From: Pseudomonadota bacterium
Lineage (GTDB): Bacteria; Pseudomonadota; Gammaproteobacteria; Steroidobacterales; Steroidobacteraceae
Assembly: GCA_021845825.1 (NCBI GenBank)
Contig: JAJZVF010000001.1
Span: forward strand, 1 to 55,491
Length of the DNA: 55,491 nt
Reading direction: 5' to 3'
Shown here: positions 8,160 to 19,492 of the stretch, piece after piece
Layout: each line of letters begins with the position of its first letter
Numbering within the stretch: the first letter of the stretch is position 1
Program-made: the position numbers and the translations under genes
Notes under the pieces: generated by a model
The model's database searches: none
The model's input: only the letters and a program-made list of their open reading frames with translations
What the model was told of the DNA's origin: nothing

Positions 8160-9269
8160 ATGGTAACTCAGTCGCCCTCATCCCCTCCCGGGAATGCTCG
8201 CCGCACTCAGCCGCCTCGCGCGAGGCCGCGAACCGCGCGGCTGGCCGTCGTGCTCACAGCGCTCGCCGCGCTGTCCGGCTGCGCGAGCACGACGTACCTG
8301 TGGCAGGCGGCGAGCGGTGAATGGCATGTCCTGCACGGACGCAAACCCATCATAGACGTGATCGACGAGCCGCAAGCGTCCGAGGCGCTGATCCGAGAGC
8401 TGGCCTACGTCCGGGAAGCCCGCCGCTTCGCCTCGCAGCAGCTGGGATTGCCCAACAACGACAGCTACCGCACCTATGTCAACCTCCACCGCCGATACGT
8501 GGTCTGGAACGTCGTTGCCGCACCCGAGTTCTCCGTCAAACCGAAGCAGTGGTGCTTCCCGTTCGCGGGCTGTGTGGCCTACCGGGGGTACTTCCATGAG
8601 CGCAGCGCGCGGAATTTCGCCAAGACATTGAAGCATCAGGGCTATGACGTCGTGGTCGAGGGAGTGCCCGCCTATTCGACCCTTGGGAAGCTTCCCGATC
8701 CGGTCATGAGCACAATGATGCGCTACGGGCGCGAAGAGCTGGCGGCAATGATCTTCCACGAGCTGGCCCACCAGCTGCTGTACGTGGAGAACGATTCCCG
8801 GTTCGACGAAGCATTTGCCATGACCGTCGAGAATACCGGAATGAAACGTTGGCTCGAGTACCTCCACCAGCCGCAGCGCTTCGTGCAGTTCGAGCGTGAA
8901 AGCGACGCCGCCCGGCAATTCGCCGCGCTGCTCAGATACACGCGCAACCGGCTGGCGAAAGTGTATGCCTCGGGAATTCCGCCACGGCAGATGCTGCGGA
9001 AAAAGCAAGCGTATTTCGCGCGCCTGGCGCAGCACATCCGCTCGCTCGAGCGCCGCCTGGGGTTCGATTCGCCCGTCTACGACAAATGGATCGCCGAGGG
9101 AATGAACAACGCCGACTTGGCCTCCGTGGGCACGTACTACGACTGCCTGCCGGGTTTCGAGCGGCTGCTCCGCAGGGAAGACGGCAACTTACCGCGCTTC
9201 TACGCGGCGGCGCGCCGCCTGGCGCACGAGCCTAAGGCCGAGCGGGATCGGCGGCTGTGCAGGTCATGA
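8160..9269 (+). CDS. Putative lipoprotein zinc aminopeptidase (DUF2265-type 'putative aminopeptidase' family)
   Basis: Lipobox-like ALSGC after a basic N-terminus; HExxH ([10 protein letters not shown]). The start was moved to the in-frame ATG 8160 because the upstream part of track ORF 7335-9269 is antisense to cca. GTG 8250 is an alternative start. Confidence 0.8.
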   Translation: MVTQSPSSPPGNARRTQPPRARPRTARLAVVLTALAALSGCASTTYLWQAASGEWHVLHGRKPIIDVIDEPQASEALIRELAYVREARRFASQQLGLPNNDSYRTYVNLHRRYVVWNVVAAPEFSVKPKQWCFPFAGCVAYRGYFHERSARNFAKTLKHQGYDVVVEGVPAYSTLGKLPDPVMSTMMRYGREELAAMIFHELAHQLLYVENDSRFDEAFAMTVENTGMKRWLEYLHQPQRFVQFERESDAARQFAALLRYTRNRLAKVYASGIPPRQMLRKKQAYFARLAQHIRSLERRLGFDSPVYDKWIAEGMNNADLASVGTYYDCLPGFERLLRREDGNLPRFYAAARRLAHEPKAERDRRLCRS

Positions 9270-9381
9270 GTGACGGCGCCTCTATACCCTGCGCCCGCTG
9301 GTTGAAACGGGGGCTTTGCGAGGCGACGGCTCCGCACCCGCACGCTTCGATGTCCGGATGAAGGCCGGACCCACGGAAGAT

Positions 9382-10536
9382 CTACAGCGACCCTCGCAGG
9401 TCCTGCAGCGCAAAGCCGGAAAGCGACTCGTCGAGGTCCCGCGTCAGCGCCATCACCTTGAACGCCTCGCCCATCTCGCCGGGCAGCAGCAGCCGGCGCG
9501 CCTCGCCGGCCAGGCGTGCATGTCGTATCGGGTCGACGTTCTCGCCCACGAGCCGCTCGATCCCCGTGCCCAACAGAAACGCCGCCTGGGTTACAAAGCC
9601 GCTCACGTCGAGCCCGCACTCCGTAGCCGCCTCAGCCACCCGTGTGAAATCAACCCACGCAGTGATGTCCTGGACGCCGATGTTGACGTAAGGATCGTCG
9701 TGAACCCGCTGCTTGAAGTGGCATCGCAACGTGCCGGTCGCCCGTTGGGGGTGGTAATAATGAGAGCGCGGCAGACCGTAATCGAACAACAGCATGAGGC
9801 CACGTTCCAGACAGTCAGCCACGCCCGCCAGCCAGGTCCCCGCGCGCAGGCAGATTTCGGACACATAACCTGCAGGCAGCGCGCTTGGCAAACCGCTCAT
9901 CGCGGTAGCGCAGGCGCCGGCGAGCGCCGCATCCGCCGCTCCCTCGCGCTCTACGATGGTCTCACCCTCCACGGCCACACCCATTTCCCGCACGCCTTCC
10001 TCCGCGACCACGAACCGCCGGCACGGCAAGGCATCCAGCACCTCGTTGGCCAGGATGACGCCGGACAGGGGCCTGGCCGGCAGCCGGTCCAGCCACTGCA
10101 CCCGGTCGCACAGCTCGGCCGGCAGTCGGCTGAGCGCTGCACGTTGCCGGTCTCTCAGGTCCGCGCTGACCTCCAAGATGGCGTAGCGTTCCGGAAGTAC
10201 CCCCTGTGCCGACAACGCCGTCAGGACGTCGGCGGCCATGCGGCCGGTACCGGCCCCAAGCTCCAGTATCTCGCCACCGCCCGTGAGCACCTGGGCGCAC
10301 TGCCTCGCCACGCAGCGGCTGAAGAGATCAGAGACCTCCGGCGCGGTGACGAAGTCTCCGCCTCGACCGATCTTGAGGCTACCGGCGCTGTAATAGCCCA
10401 GCCCGGGCGCATACAGCGCGAGCGCCATGAATTCCTCGAACGACAGCCAGCCGCCGGCGGCTCGGATGCGCTCGCGGATCAGCTCGGCCACGTTGCGCGA
10501 GTGCTCGGCCTCCTCGGGCGAGAGTTCAGGGATCAT
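9382..10536 (-). CDS. Class I SAM-dependent methyltransferase, DUF185 / NDUFAF7 (MidA) family
   Basis: ...YYSAGSLKIGRGGDFVTAPEVS...ILELGAGTGRMA... Start at MIPELSPEE (ATG 10536). Confidence 0.85.
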   Translation of the reverse strand: MIPELSPEEAEHSRNVAELIRERIRAAGGWLSFEEFMALALYAPGLGYYSAGSLKIGRGGDFVTAPEVSDLFSRCVARQCAQVLTGGGEILELGAGTGRMAADVLTALSAQGVLPERYAILEVSADLRDRQRAALSRLPAELCDRVQWLDRLPARPLSGVILANEVLDALPCRRFVVAEEGVREMGVAVEGETIVEREGAADAALAGACATAMSGLPSALPAGYVSEICLRAGTWLAGVADCLERGLMLLFDYGLPRSHYYHPQRATGTLRCHFKQRVHDDPYVNIGVQDITAWVDFTRVAEAATECGLDVSGFVTQAAFLLGTGIERLVGENVDPIRHARLAGEARRLLLPGEMGEAFKVMALTRDLDESLSGFALQDLRGSL

Positions 10537-10571
10537 AATGTCCGTATGCTCCGGCCTCACGCAGTAGCCCA

Positions 10572-11342
10572 ATGACCGATTCCGCAGACGCACCTTCCCG
10601 CAAGCCCCTCGTCGGCAAAGCGGCCCTGATCACCGGCGGCGCACGCCGCCTGGGCGCTGTGCTCACGCGCGCCTTGCACGAAGCGGGCGCCAATGTCGTG
10701 CTTCACTACCGCACCTCCGCCGAGGCGGCAACAACCCTGGCAAGAGAGCTGAACGAGACTCGCGCCGGCTCCGTGGTACTCGCGCAATGCGATCTGCTCG
10801 ACACCGCCTCGCTGGAACAATTGGCCCGTACCGCCACGGCGGCGTTCGCCCGCCTCGACATCCTGGTGAACAACGCCTCGACCTTCTATCCCACCCCGAT
10901 GGGCGAGATCAGCGCGCGAGCGTGGGACGATCTGATCGGCACAAACCTCAAGGCACCGCTGTTTCTCGCCCAGGCGGCAGCGGCCGAGCTGCACGAGAAC
11001 CGCGGGCTGATCCTCAATCTGGTGGACATTCACGGCATGCGGCCTCTGCGGCGCCATCCGGTCTACAGCGTCGCCAAGGCGGGTCTGATCATGCTCACCA
11101 AGTCGCTCGCCCGCGAACTGGGTCCGCAGGTGCGGGTCAACGCGGTCGCGCCCGGTCCGGTCATGTGGCCGGAGGCGGGTATGGACGAAGTGCTGCGCAA
11201 GCACGTCATCGACCGCACGGCGCTCAAGCGCGGCGGCTCGCCGGAAGATGTCGCACGCGCAGCGCTCTATTTCGCCTGCGATGCGCCATTCGTCACGGGA
11301 CAGGTTCTGGCGGTCGATGGCGGCCGAAGCATCGGCTGGTAA
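10572..11342 (+). CDS. Pteridine reductase (FolM-like SDR)
   Basis: SDR motifs TGGARRLG and YSVAKAG. It lies adjacent to and convergent with folK-folB. Confidence 0.8.
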   Translation: MTDSADAPSRKPLVGKAALITGGARRLGAVLTRALHEAGANVVLHYRTSAEAATTLARELNETRAGSVVLAQCDLLDTASLEQLARTATAAFARLDILVNNASTFYPTPMGEISARAWDDLIGTNLKAPLFLAQAAAAELHENRGLILNLVDIHGMRPLRRHPVYSVAKAGLIMLTKSLARELGPQVRVNAVAPGPVMWPEAGMDEVLRKHVIDRTALKRGGSPEDVARAALYFACDAPFVTGQVLAVDGGRSIGW

Positions 11343-11347
11343 CGGGG

Positions 11348-11848
11348 TCAATCGTCGCCTTTCCCGCCCGGGCGCACCCGGACCAGCGGGTGCGCGGCGC
11401 GGTCGAATCGCCGCCACAGCTCCCCGATAGTGATTTTTTCCGTCGGATGAACGAGCCCAGGAGCCAGGTCAGCGAGCGGCCCGAGCATGTAGGCGCGCGT
11501 CAGCAGGTCGGGACGCGGCAAATTCAGTAACGCTGTCTGGCGGACCAGATCCCCGTACAGCAATACGTCTAGATCCATGGTCCGCGGCGCCCACCGCGGC
11601 GCCTCGCGCGTGCGGCCGCACAACGCCTCGATGAAGTGCAGCCTCTCGACCACGCCCTCGACCGCCAGGTCCGTGGAGAATCCGGCCACGAAGTTGATGA
11701 AGTCATCGCCCTGGAAGCCGACCGCGCGATTGCGATACCACGCGGAAAATTGCACGCCCGGGAAGTGCTGCTCGAGCTCTCTGGACGCCATCGCAAGATG
11801 ATGCTCAGGCTCGACGTTGCTGCCGGCAGCAATGTAGACATGTGGCAT
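11348..11848 (-). CDS. folK: 2-amino-4-hydroxy-6-hydroxymethyldihydropteridine diphosphokinase
   Basis: VYIAAGSNVEP...PRTMDLDVLLYG...LPRPDL... is the typical HPPK pattern. Confidence 0.9.
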   Translation of the reverse strand: MPHVYIAAGSNVEPEHHLAMASRELEQHFPGVQFSAWYRNRAVGFQGDDFINFVAGFSTDLAVEGVVERLHFIEALCGRTREAPRWAPRTMDLDVLLYGDLVRQTALLNLPRPDLLTRAYMLGPLADLAPGLVHPTEKITIGELWRRFDRAAHPLVRVRPGGKGDD

Positions 11849-11854
11849 GGCTGC

Positions 11855-12259
11855 TCAGAGCCGCGCCGCCGCTGCGGCGGTCAGGTCCGCCCGGCTGCGC
11901 TCGATCACTACGCCCACGTCGCGCGAGTTGCGGATGGCACCCGGCTTGTTGAGCGACACGCGTACCCATTCGACCGCGAACTCTTCCAGGAGCAGTAACG
12001 CCAGGCGGTGCGCCAGCGTCTCGACGAGCTTGAACTCGGAGGCCTCGATGTAGGCCAACACGCGCTTGGCGACCCGCTTGTAGTCCACGGTATCGGCCAC
12101 ATCGTCGGAAGCTGCAGCGCGACGGCAGTCCACCGGCAGCTCGAGGTCCACCACGACGGTCTGCTTGACGCGCCGCTCCCAATCGATGAAGCCGATGATG
12201 CACTCGGCGGCAAGTCCCCGCAGGAAGATCCGATCGCCGGAAATGAGCGCGCTGGTCAT
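11855..12259 (-). CDS. folB: Dihydroneopterin aldolase
   Basis: DRIFLRGLAAECIIGFIDWERRVKQTVVVDLEL...DYKRVAKRV...KLVETLA. Start at MTSALISGDR (ATG 12259); the upstream part of the track ORF looks non-coding. Confidence 0.88.
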   Translation of the reverse strand: MTSALISGDRIFLRGLAAECIIGFIDWERRVKQTVVVDLELPVDCRRAAASDDVADTVDYKRVAKRVLAYIEASEFKLVETLAHRLALLLLEEFAVEWVRVSLNKPGAIRNSRDVGVVIERSRADLTAAAAARL

Positions 12260-12450
12260 GCTGTCTCTGTCACCGTATGAAGAAGCGCTGGATCCGGGCA
12301 TCGTACCCGGCCCGGCTCGGCGGCGCTCAATAAAGGATGGGTTCGTGCCCCGCCGCTCTGCGCCTACGGCGGCGGGTGCGCCCCTGTGCCGCGCCTGCGG
12401 TTCATCGCACGGGGGACCTCGGGCCCCACCGGATGTGGAAAATTGTCGAC

Positions 12451-13467
12451 TTAATTCACCGCCGCCAGCGATTCGAGGGGCCACTGCGCGCGCGCCTCGA
12501 TGGCGAGCCCGCTTCGCTCGCCCGCTTTCAGGCGCGCCAGCCCGGCTACCGCGATCATCGCCGCATTGTCGGTGCAGAACTCAATCCGTGGATAGTACAC
12601 ACGCCCCCCAAGACGGCCGACGGCCTCGGCCAGCCGGGCGCGCAAGCGCTGATTGGCGCTCACCCCACCTGAGACCACTAGTGTGTCGAGGCCGGTGACC
12701 TCGAGCGCCCGCATGGCCTTGGCGGCCAGGGTGTCCACGATAGCTTCTTCGACGGCGCGCGCGACATCCGCCTTCAGCTGCTCCGTGAGGTCGCGGCCGC
12801 GCAGCGCATGCAGCACCGCGGTTTTCAGACCGGAGAAGCTGAACTCCAATCCCGGCTGATCGAGCATGGGGCGAGGGAAATGGAACTCACCGCCCACGCC
12901 GGCGCGCGCCAGCCTTGCAAGCTCCGGCCCACCGGGGTACGGCAGGCCAAGGAGCTTGGCGGTCTTGTCGAACGCCTCCCCGGCCGCATCGTCGCGGGTG
13001 TCGCCGAGAATCCGGTAACGGCCGATGGCGCTCACTTCGATGAGCTGCGTATGCCCTCCTGAGACCAGCAGCGCCAGATGAGGGAACGGCGGCGGGTTCG
13101 GCTCGAGCAGGGGGGCGAGAAGGTGTCCTTCGAGGTGGTGCACAGCGACGGCCGGTCGCCCCCAGGCATAGGCCAGGCTGCGCGCGAGCGCCGCCCCGGT
13201 GAGCAAGGCCCCGATCAACCCGGGTCCGGCGGTATAAGCCACTCCCGAAAGCTCCCCGGGGGCCGTGGGGGCGCGCTCCAGCGCCCGCCTCACGAGAGGC
13301 AGGAGCTTGCGCACATGGTCTCGGGAAGCCAGCTCCGGCACGACGCCTCCGTAGGCGCGGTGCAGCTCGATCTGGCTATGGAGTTCGTGCGCGAGCAGCC
13401 CGCGAGCCTCATCGAGCACCGCGGCCGCACTCTCGTCACAGGAGGACTCGATCGCCAGTATCCGCAT
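12451..13467 (-). CDS. tsaD: tRNA N6-adenosine threonylcarbamoyltransferase
   Basis: [17 protein letters not shown]...[12 protein letters not shown]...[10 protein letters not shown]...VSGGVSAN. Confidence 0.95.
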   Translation of the reverse strand: MRILAIESSCDESAAAVLDEARGLLAHELHSQIELHRAYGGVVPELASRDHVRKLLPLVRRALERAPTAPGELSGVAYTAGPGLIGALLTGAALARSLAYAWGRPAVAVHHLEGHLLAPLLEPNPPPFPHLALLVSGGHTQLIEVSAIGRYRILGDTRDDAAGEAFDKTAKLLGLPYPGGPELARLARAGVGGEFHFPRPMLDQPGLEFSFSGLKTAVLHALRGRDLTEQLKADVARAVEEAIVDTLAAKAMRALEVTGLDTLVVSGGVSANQRLRARLAEAVGRLGGRVYYPRIEFCTDNAAMIAVAGLARLKAGERSGLAIEARAQWPLESLAAVN

Positions 13468-13470
13468 GTT

Positions 13471-13499
13471 TTGCCTTTACCATCCGCCTCTACTAGAAT
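13471..13499 (+). promoter_or_regulatory. Candidate sigma70 promoter of the rpsU-yqeY-dnaG-rpoD operon
   Basis: TTGCCT (13471-76), 17-nt spacer, TAGAAT (13494-99), about 95 nt upstream of rpsU. Confidence 0.5.
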
Positions 13500-13596
13500 T
13501 GCCGGCCCGCTTGTCCAGGCCGTTTGCCGTCCCGGGGGCGTATTCGAATCTGCCCAGGGGCCCATGTGGGGCCGGCCGTATTTTTCAGAGGTTTCG

Positions 13597-13806
13597 ATGC
13601 CGAGCGTCCGTATCCGTGAGAACGAGTATTTCGATGCCGCCTTGCGGCGTTTCAAACGCGCCTGCGAGAAGGCCGGCATTCTCACCGAGCTGCGCCGGCG
13701 CGAATTCTACGAGAAGCCGACCCAGGAGCGGAAACGCAAGAAGGCGGCGGCCATCAAGCGCCACATGAAGCGTATCTCCCGCGAGAGCTTGCGCCCGGCC
13801 CGCTAG
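13597..13806 (+). CDS. rpsU: 30S ribosomal protein S21
   Basis: [59 protein letters not shown]... The track embeds this in a longer spurious ORF. Confidence 0.95.
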   Translation: MPSVRIRENEYFDAALRRFKRACEKAGILTELRRREFYEKPTQERKRKKAAAIKRHMKRISRESLRPAR

Positions 13807-13819
13807 GGATTGCAGACTC

Positions 13820-14266
13820 ATGACGCTCAAGGAACGTATCACCGAGGACATGAAAAGCGCGATGCGCTCCGGTGACAAGGAGCGTCTCGCCACTGTCCGC
13901 TTGGCCTTAGCTGCCGTCAAGCAGCGGGAAGTGGACGAGCGCATCACGCTCGATGACGGCCAAGTCCTCGCAGTGCTGGAGAAGATGATCAAGCAGCGCA
14001 AGGAGGCTATCACTCAGTTCGAGGCTGGAGGCCGCGCCGATCTGGTAGCCAAGGAAGGCGCCGAGATCGCCGTTCTTCAGGCCTATCTGCCGGCGCAGAT
14101 GAGCGATACCGATCTGGACGCACTCATCGCCCAGGCGATCGGCCAGACCGGGGCGACCTCGGTAAAAGACATGGGGAAGGTCATGGCCGCGGTCAAAGCG
14201 CAGGCCCAGGGGCGCGCCGACATGGGCGTGGTGAGCGCGCGCGTGCGCGCCAAGCTGGGCCAGTAA
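13820..14266 (+). CDS. GatB/YqeY domain-containing protein
   Basis: MTLKERITEDMKSAMRSGDKERLATVRLALAAVKQREVDE... and the conserved position between rpsU and dnaG. Confidence 0.9.
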   Translation: MTLKERITEDMKSAMRSGDKERLATVRLALAAVKQREVDERITLDDGQVLAVLEKMIKQRKEAITQFEAGGRADLVAKEGAEIAVLQAYLPAQMSDTDLDALIAQAIGQTGATSVKDMGKVMAAVKAQAQGRADMGVVSARVRAKLGQ

Positions 14267-14294
14267 CAAGCCGGCAACGGGGGCCATCCCACCC

Positions 14295-16070
14295 ATCATC
14301 CCGCAGAGCTTCATCGACGAACTGATCGCCCGCACGGACATCGTGGAGGTGGTTGCCTCGCGCGTGCAATTGATCAAAGCCGGCCGCGAATACAAGGCCC
14401 GCTGTCCCTTCCACAACGAGAAGACCGCTTCGTTCTGGGTAAGCCCCGACAAGCAGTTCTATCACTGCTTCGGCTGCGGAGCGCATGGCACGGCACTCAG
14501 GTTCTTGATGGAGCACGACCACATGGCCTTTCCCGAGGCCGTGGAAGAGCTGGCCGGCCGCCTGGGCCTGCCCGTGCCGCACGAGGGAGGCGGCGGCGCT
14601 CCGAGACCGCAGGACGCTTCGCTCTTTGATCTCATGGCCCGCGTGACGCAGTTCTATGCCGAGACGCTGCAGCGGGATGAGCGTGCGAAGCATTATCTTA
14701 CGCAGCGCGGACTGACGGCCGAGATCCTGCAGCGTTTCGCCATCGGCTATGCGCCCGATGCCTGGAATACTCTCCTCAGGCGCTTCGGAGCCGACGAGCC
14801 CGACCGGCGGACCCTCGGGGAGCTGGGCCTGATCATCGAGCGGGAGGGAGCTCAGGTGCGCCACGGTGAGCGCCATTACGACCGTTTCCGCGATCGCATC
14901 ATGTTTCCCATCCGCGATAGCCGCGGCCGGGCCATCGCCTTCGGCGGTCGGATCATCGACCGCGGCGAGCCCAAGTACCTGAACTCCCCGCAGACCGCCC
15001 TTTTCCACAAGGGGCGCGAACTCTACGGCCTGTATGAGGCGCGCCTTGCGCGCTCGAGCCTCAAACGGCTGCTGGTGGTCGAGGGTTACATGGATGTGGT
15101 GCGGCTGCACCAGGCGGGAATCACCTATGCGGTGGCCACGCTCGGCACCGCCACCACAGCGGAGCATCTGACGCGCGTCTTCCGTCTGGTTGCGGAAGTG
15201 GTGTTCGCCTTCGATGGCGACCGGGCCGGCCGAGGGGCGGCCTGGCGGGCTCTGCAGCATGCGCTGCCCGAAGCTCGCGAGGGCCGAGAGATCCGTTTCC
15301 TGTTCCTGCCCGAGGGACATGACCCGGATACCCTGGTGGGCACGGAAGGGAGGGAGGCGTTCGAGAAACGCCTCGACGGCGCTTTGCCCCTGTCCGAGTA
15401 CCTCGTCAGGGAGTTGTCCGCGCAGTGCGATATCGTCCATGCTGACGGGCGCGCGCGCTTTGCCGAGGCCGCACGTCCGTTCGTGCATAAAGTTCCGGAA
15501 GGCGTCTATCGGGAACTGCTGTTGGCACGGGTGGCCGAAGTGGTGGGACTCGCGCCGCAGCGGCTGCAAGCCTTGTGGGCGGGCGGGGAGCTGCCGGCCC
15601 CGGCCCCGGCTTCGGTTGCCCCGCGCGCCGGCCGCAGCGTCGGCCGAGGCAGCCTGGTGCGCCAGGCCATCGTGCGCTTGGTGCGATTTCCAGCTACGGC
15701 CGGCTCGGTCACGGATGCCGAGCGTGCGGGAATCGACGATTGCAGCGAGCCGGGTATCGATTTGCTGCGCGCGCTGCTCGATGATTTGCGCGAGCGGCCG
15801 TTAAAGATCTCGGCGCAGGTGCTGGAGCGCTGGGCGGCAAGGCCCGGCGGGGAGCACCTGGGGAGCCTGCTGAAGCGGGAAGCAGTGCTGGAGGATGAGC
15901 TAGCGGCTGCGGTGGAGCTGCGCGCGGTACTCGTGAAGCTCGCGGATTCAGTGCAGGATCGGCGGCTGGATGCCCTGCTTGCCAAGCAGGCTGCCACCGG
16001 CGAACTCAGCGAAACAGAATTGACGGAATTTCAAAGACTTATGAACATAAAAGCCGGTCGATCGAGATGA
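14295..16070 (+). CDS. dnaG: DNA primase
   Basis: Zn-finger CPFHNEKTASFWVSPDKQFYHCFGCGAHG and TOPRIM (VVEGYMDV, FDGDRAG). The conserved N-terminus IPQSFIDELIARTDIV lies upstream of the first canonical start (GTG 14343). The start is tentatively placed at ATC 14295/14298 (see finding). Confidence 0.9.
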   Translation: MIPQSFIDELIARTDIVEVVASRVQLIKAGREYKARCPFHNEKTASFWVSPDKQFYHCFGCGAHGTALRFLMEHDHMAFPEAVEELAGRLGLPVPHEGGGGAPRPQDASLFDLMARVTQFYAETLQRDERAKHYLTQRGLTAEILQRFAIGYAPDAWNTLLRRFGADEPDRRTLGELGLIIEREGAQVRHGERHYDRFRDRIMFPIRDSRGRAIAFGGRIIDRGEPKYLNSPQTALFHKGRELYGLYEARLARSSLKRLLVVEGYMDVVRLHQAGITYAVATLGTATTAEHLTRVFRLVAEVVFAFDGDRAGRGAAWRALQHALPEAREGREIRFLFLPEGHDPDTLVGTEGREAFEKRLDGALPLSEYLVRELSAQCDIVHADGRARFAEAARPFVHKVPEGVYRELLLARVAEVVGLAPQRLQALWAGGELPAPAPASVAPRAGRSVGRGSLVRQAIVRLVRFPATAGSVTDAERAGIDDCSEPGIDLLRALLDDLRERPLKISAQVLERWAARPGGEHLGSLLKREAVLEDELAAAVELRAVLVKLADSVQDRRLDALLAKQAATGELSETELTEFQRLMNIKAGRSR

Positions 16071-16209
16071 ATGGATTATTTTAAGGTGAACTTGTGATAC
16101 CGCTGTCAGACTAATACACTTCCCGGATTTACTTTGGCGCCCCTTGAGTTGGCCCATGCCCGCCAACAGATAGGACCTTGAGTTCCCGGCCAAACCCCTT
16201 CGAGACTCA

Positions 16210-18303
<2,094 letters not shown>

Positions 18304-18381
18304 CCGGCCCCGACCGCCACCAGCAGATACACGGGCGAGCCGGGCAATCAGGCCATGAGCGCGGCGCCACGCGCTGCGCAA

Positions 18382-18663
18382 TTAGATCCCGAACTTTCCC
18401 AGCGCGTCGACAACCTGCTGCAGGAGTTCGGCGAGGCCCGGGTGATCGGCCTGGAAGCGCACGGCCAGGGATTCGAGGCGCGGAACGTGGCTCCTCACCG
18501 GGCCCGCGCCTTCCCCACCACCGAGCGCGCGATCGATGTCCCGCACCAGCGCCGCCAGGATCTTGCGCGACTCCGGATCGACCGAGCCTGCCTGGCTCAG
18601 CCGCTCATGCACCCGCGCCAGCAGCTCGCGCAGGCTTTCCTCGCTCATCCGCTCTTCGCCCAT
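18382..18663 (-). CDS. DUF4404 family protein
   Basis: SEESLRELLARVHERLSQAGSVDPESRKILAALVRDIDRAL...HPGLAELLQQVVDALGKFGI matches the DUF4404 pattern. Start at ATG 18663, with GGGAG 6 nt upstream. Confidence 0.75.
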   Translation of the reverse strand: MGEERMSEESLRELLARVHERLSQAGSVDPESRKILAALVRDIDRALGGGEGAGPVRSHVPRLESLAVRFQADHPGLAELLQQVVDALGKFGI

Positions 18664-19026
18664 CGGCGGCTCCCGCAACTTTACCTTACCGGAGTGGTCT
18701 GCGGATTCTAAACGAGAACCGCCCGAGACAAGTGGACTCATTACCACCGCCGGCCAGGCGGACTACCTGATGAACGTGCTGGTCGGAAAAATCGCCCGGC
18801 TCGATGAGCTGCTGCGCATGGAGCGCAACCGCATGCTCGGGGTGCAGAGGATCGAGACCACGGTGTGCATGAAGACCATCAAGGCACGCTCATCGCTCAC
18901 GGGGTGCCTGCGCAGCATATCCCGGAACCCTGCGGATGGCCGGCACACCCCGTCGCGCAAGTTGGTGCTTACTGCGGCGCAGGCGGGCTGGCAGTGTCGC
19001 CACCTCGTATCGATGTGTTTTTCCAA

Positions 19027-19425
19027 TCAGGCCAGGCAAATTCCCACAGCCAAGTCAGGGCGGGGAAGCTCGGCATGGCAATTCGAGCATAGCAGCTCGC
19101 ACTGCTTCGCTGCCGCGAGCACCGCCTCCCACGATCGATCGGCGATGGCACGCATGTCAAGCTGGAATTCCTTGGCTCCGGTTGCCTGATGAGAGTCGAT
19201 CGCGCCGAGATTTGCATGACAGCCGCACCGGCTACAACATCCCCCGAACGGCTGGATCAGTTGCCACTTTCTGCCGGCGCCACGCCGCTTCCGGGCTACG
19301 CAGCTCCGAGGGCGGAAATCAGTGCGCTTGTTCCTGGAGCGCCGGCTGCAATAGAGCATTTGGCGCCTGCGCAACGCCTGCTTGCATTGGACGCATTTCC
19401 GTCCGTTCGAGAGCCAGATCGACAA
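19027..19425 (-). CDS. HNH-endonuclease-like protein, with a degenerate first His pair (possibly decaying)
   Basis: KCVQCKQ...YCSRRSR N-terminal Cys motif, then CSRCGCHANLGAIDSHQ...KEFQLD...RSWEAVLAAAKQCELLCSNCHAE. This fits the small phage-type HNH pattern C-x2-C...LDFHH...K-F...SWE...KC-LLC-NCH, but with SHQ in place of FHH. TTG start. Confidence 0.55.
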   Translation of the reverse strand: MSIWLSNGRKCVQCKQALRRRQMLYCSRRSRNKRTDFRPRSCVARKRRGAGRKWQLIQPFGGCCSRCGCHANLGAIDSHQATGAKEFQLDMRAIADRSWEAVLAAAKQCELLCSNCHAELPRPDLAVGICLA

Positions 19426-19473
19426 ATGAGCGAGCCGCAGGCGAGCGCAAAATTCGGCGCAATTGGGCGCGAT

Positions 19474-19482
19474 TGGTATACT
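19474..19482 (+). promoter_or_regulatory. Extended -10 element of the tRNA-Ile promoter
   Basis: TGgTATACT ends 10 nt before the first tRNA nucleotide. The -35 region (TTCGGC, about 19453) is weak. Confidence 0.45.
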
Positions 19483-19492
19483 CTTGCGCTCT

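Noticed and set aside
14193-15569. 458-aa minus-strand ORF. The same applies to 26455-28284, 17446-18381, 5707-6561, 31219-32287 and 33062-34008.
   Set aside because: These are antisense shadows of dnaG, the RND permease, rpoD, the NDUFA9-like gene and the Bat genes. They share third-codon positions with the real genes.
18763-19026. 87-aa minus-strand ORF in the same frame as the HNH-like ORF, directly after its TGA (possible read-through or pseudogene extension).
   Set aside because: Its Ser/Arg/Cys-rich composition looks like an antisense shadow of the plus-strand ORF starting at 18773. There is no HNH-family similarity beyond NCHAE.
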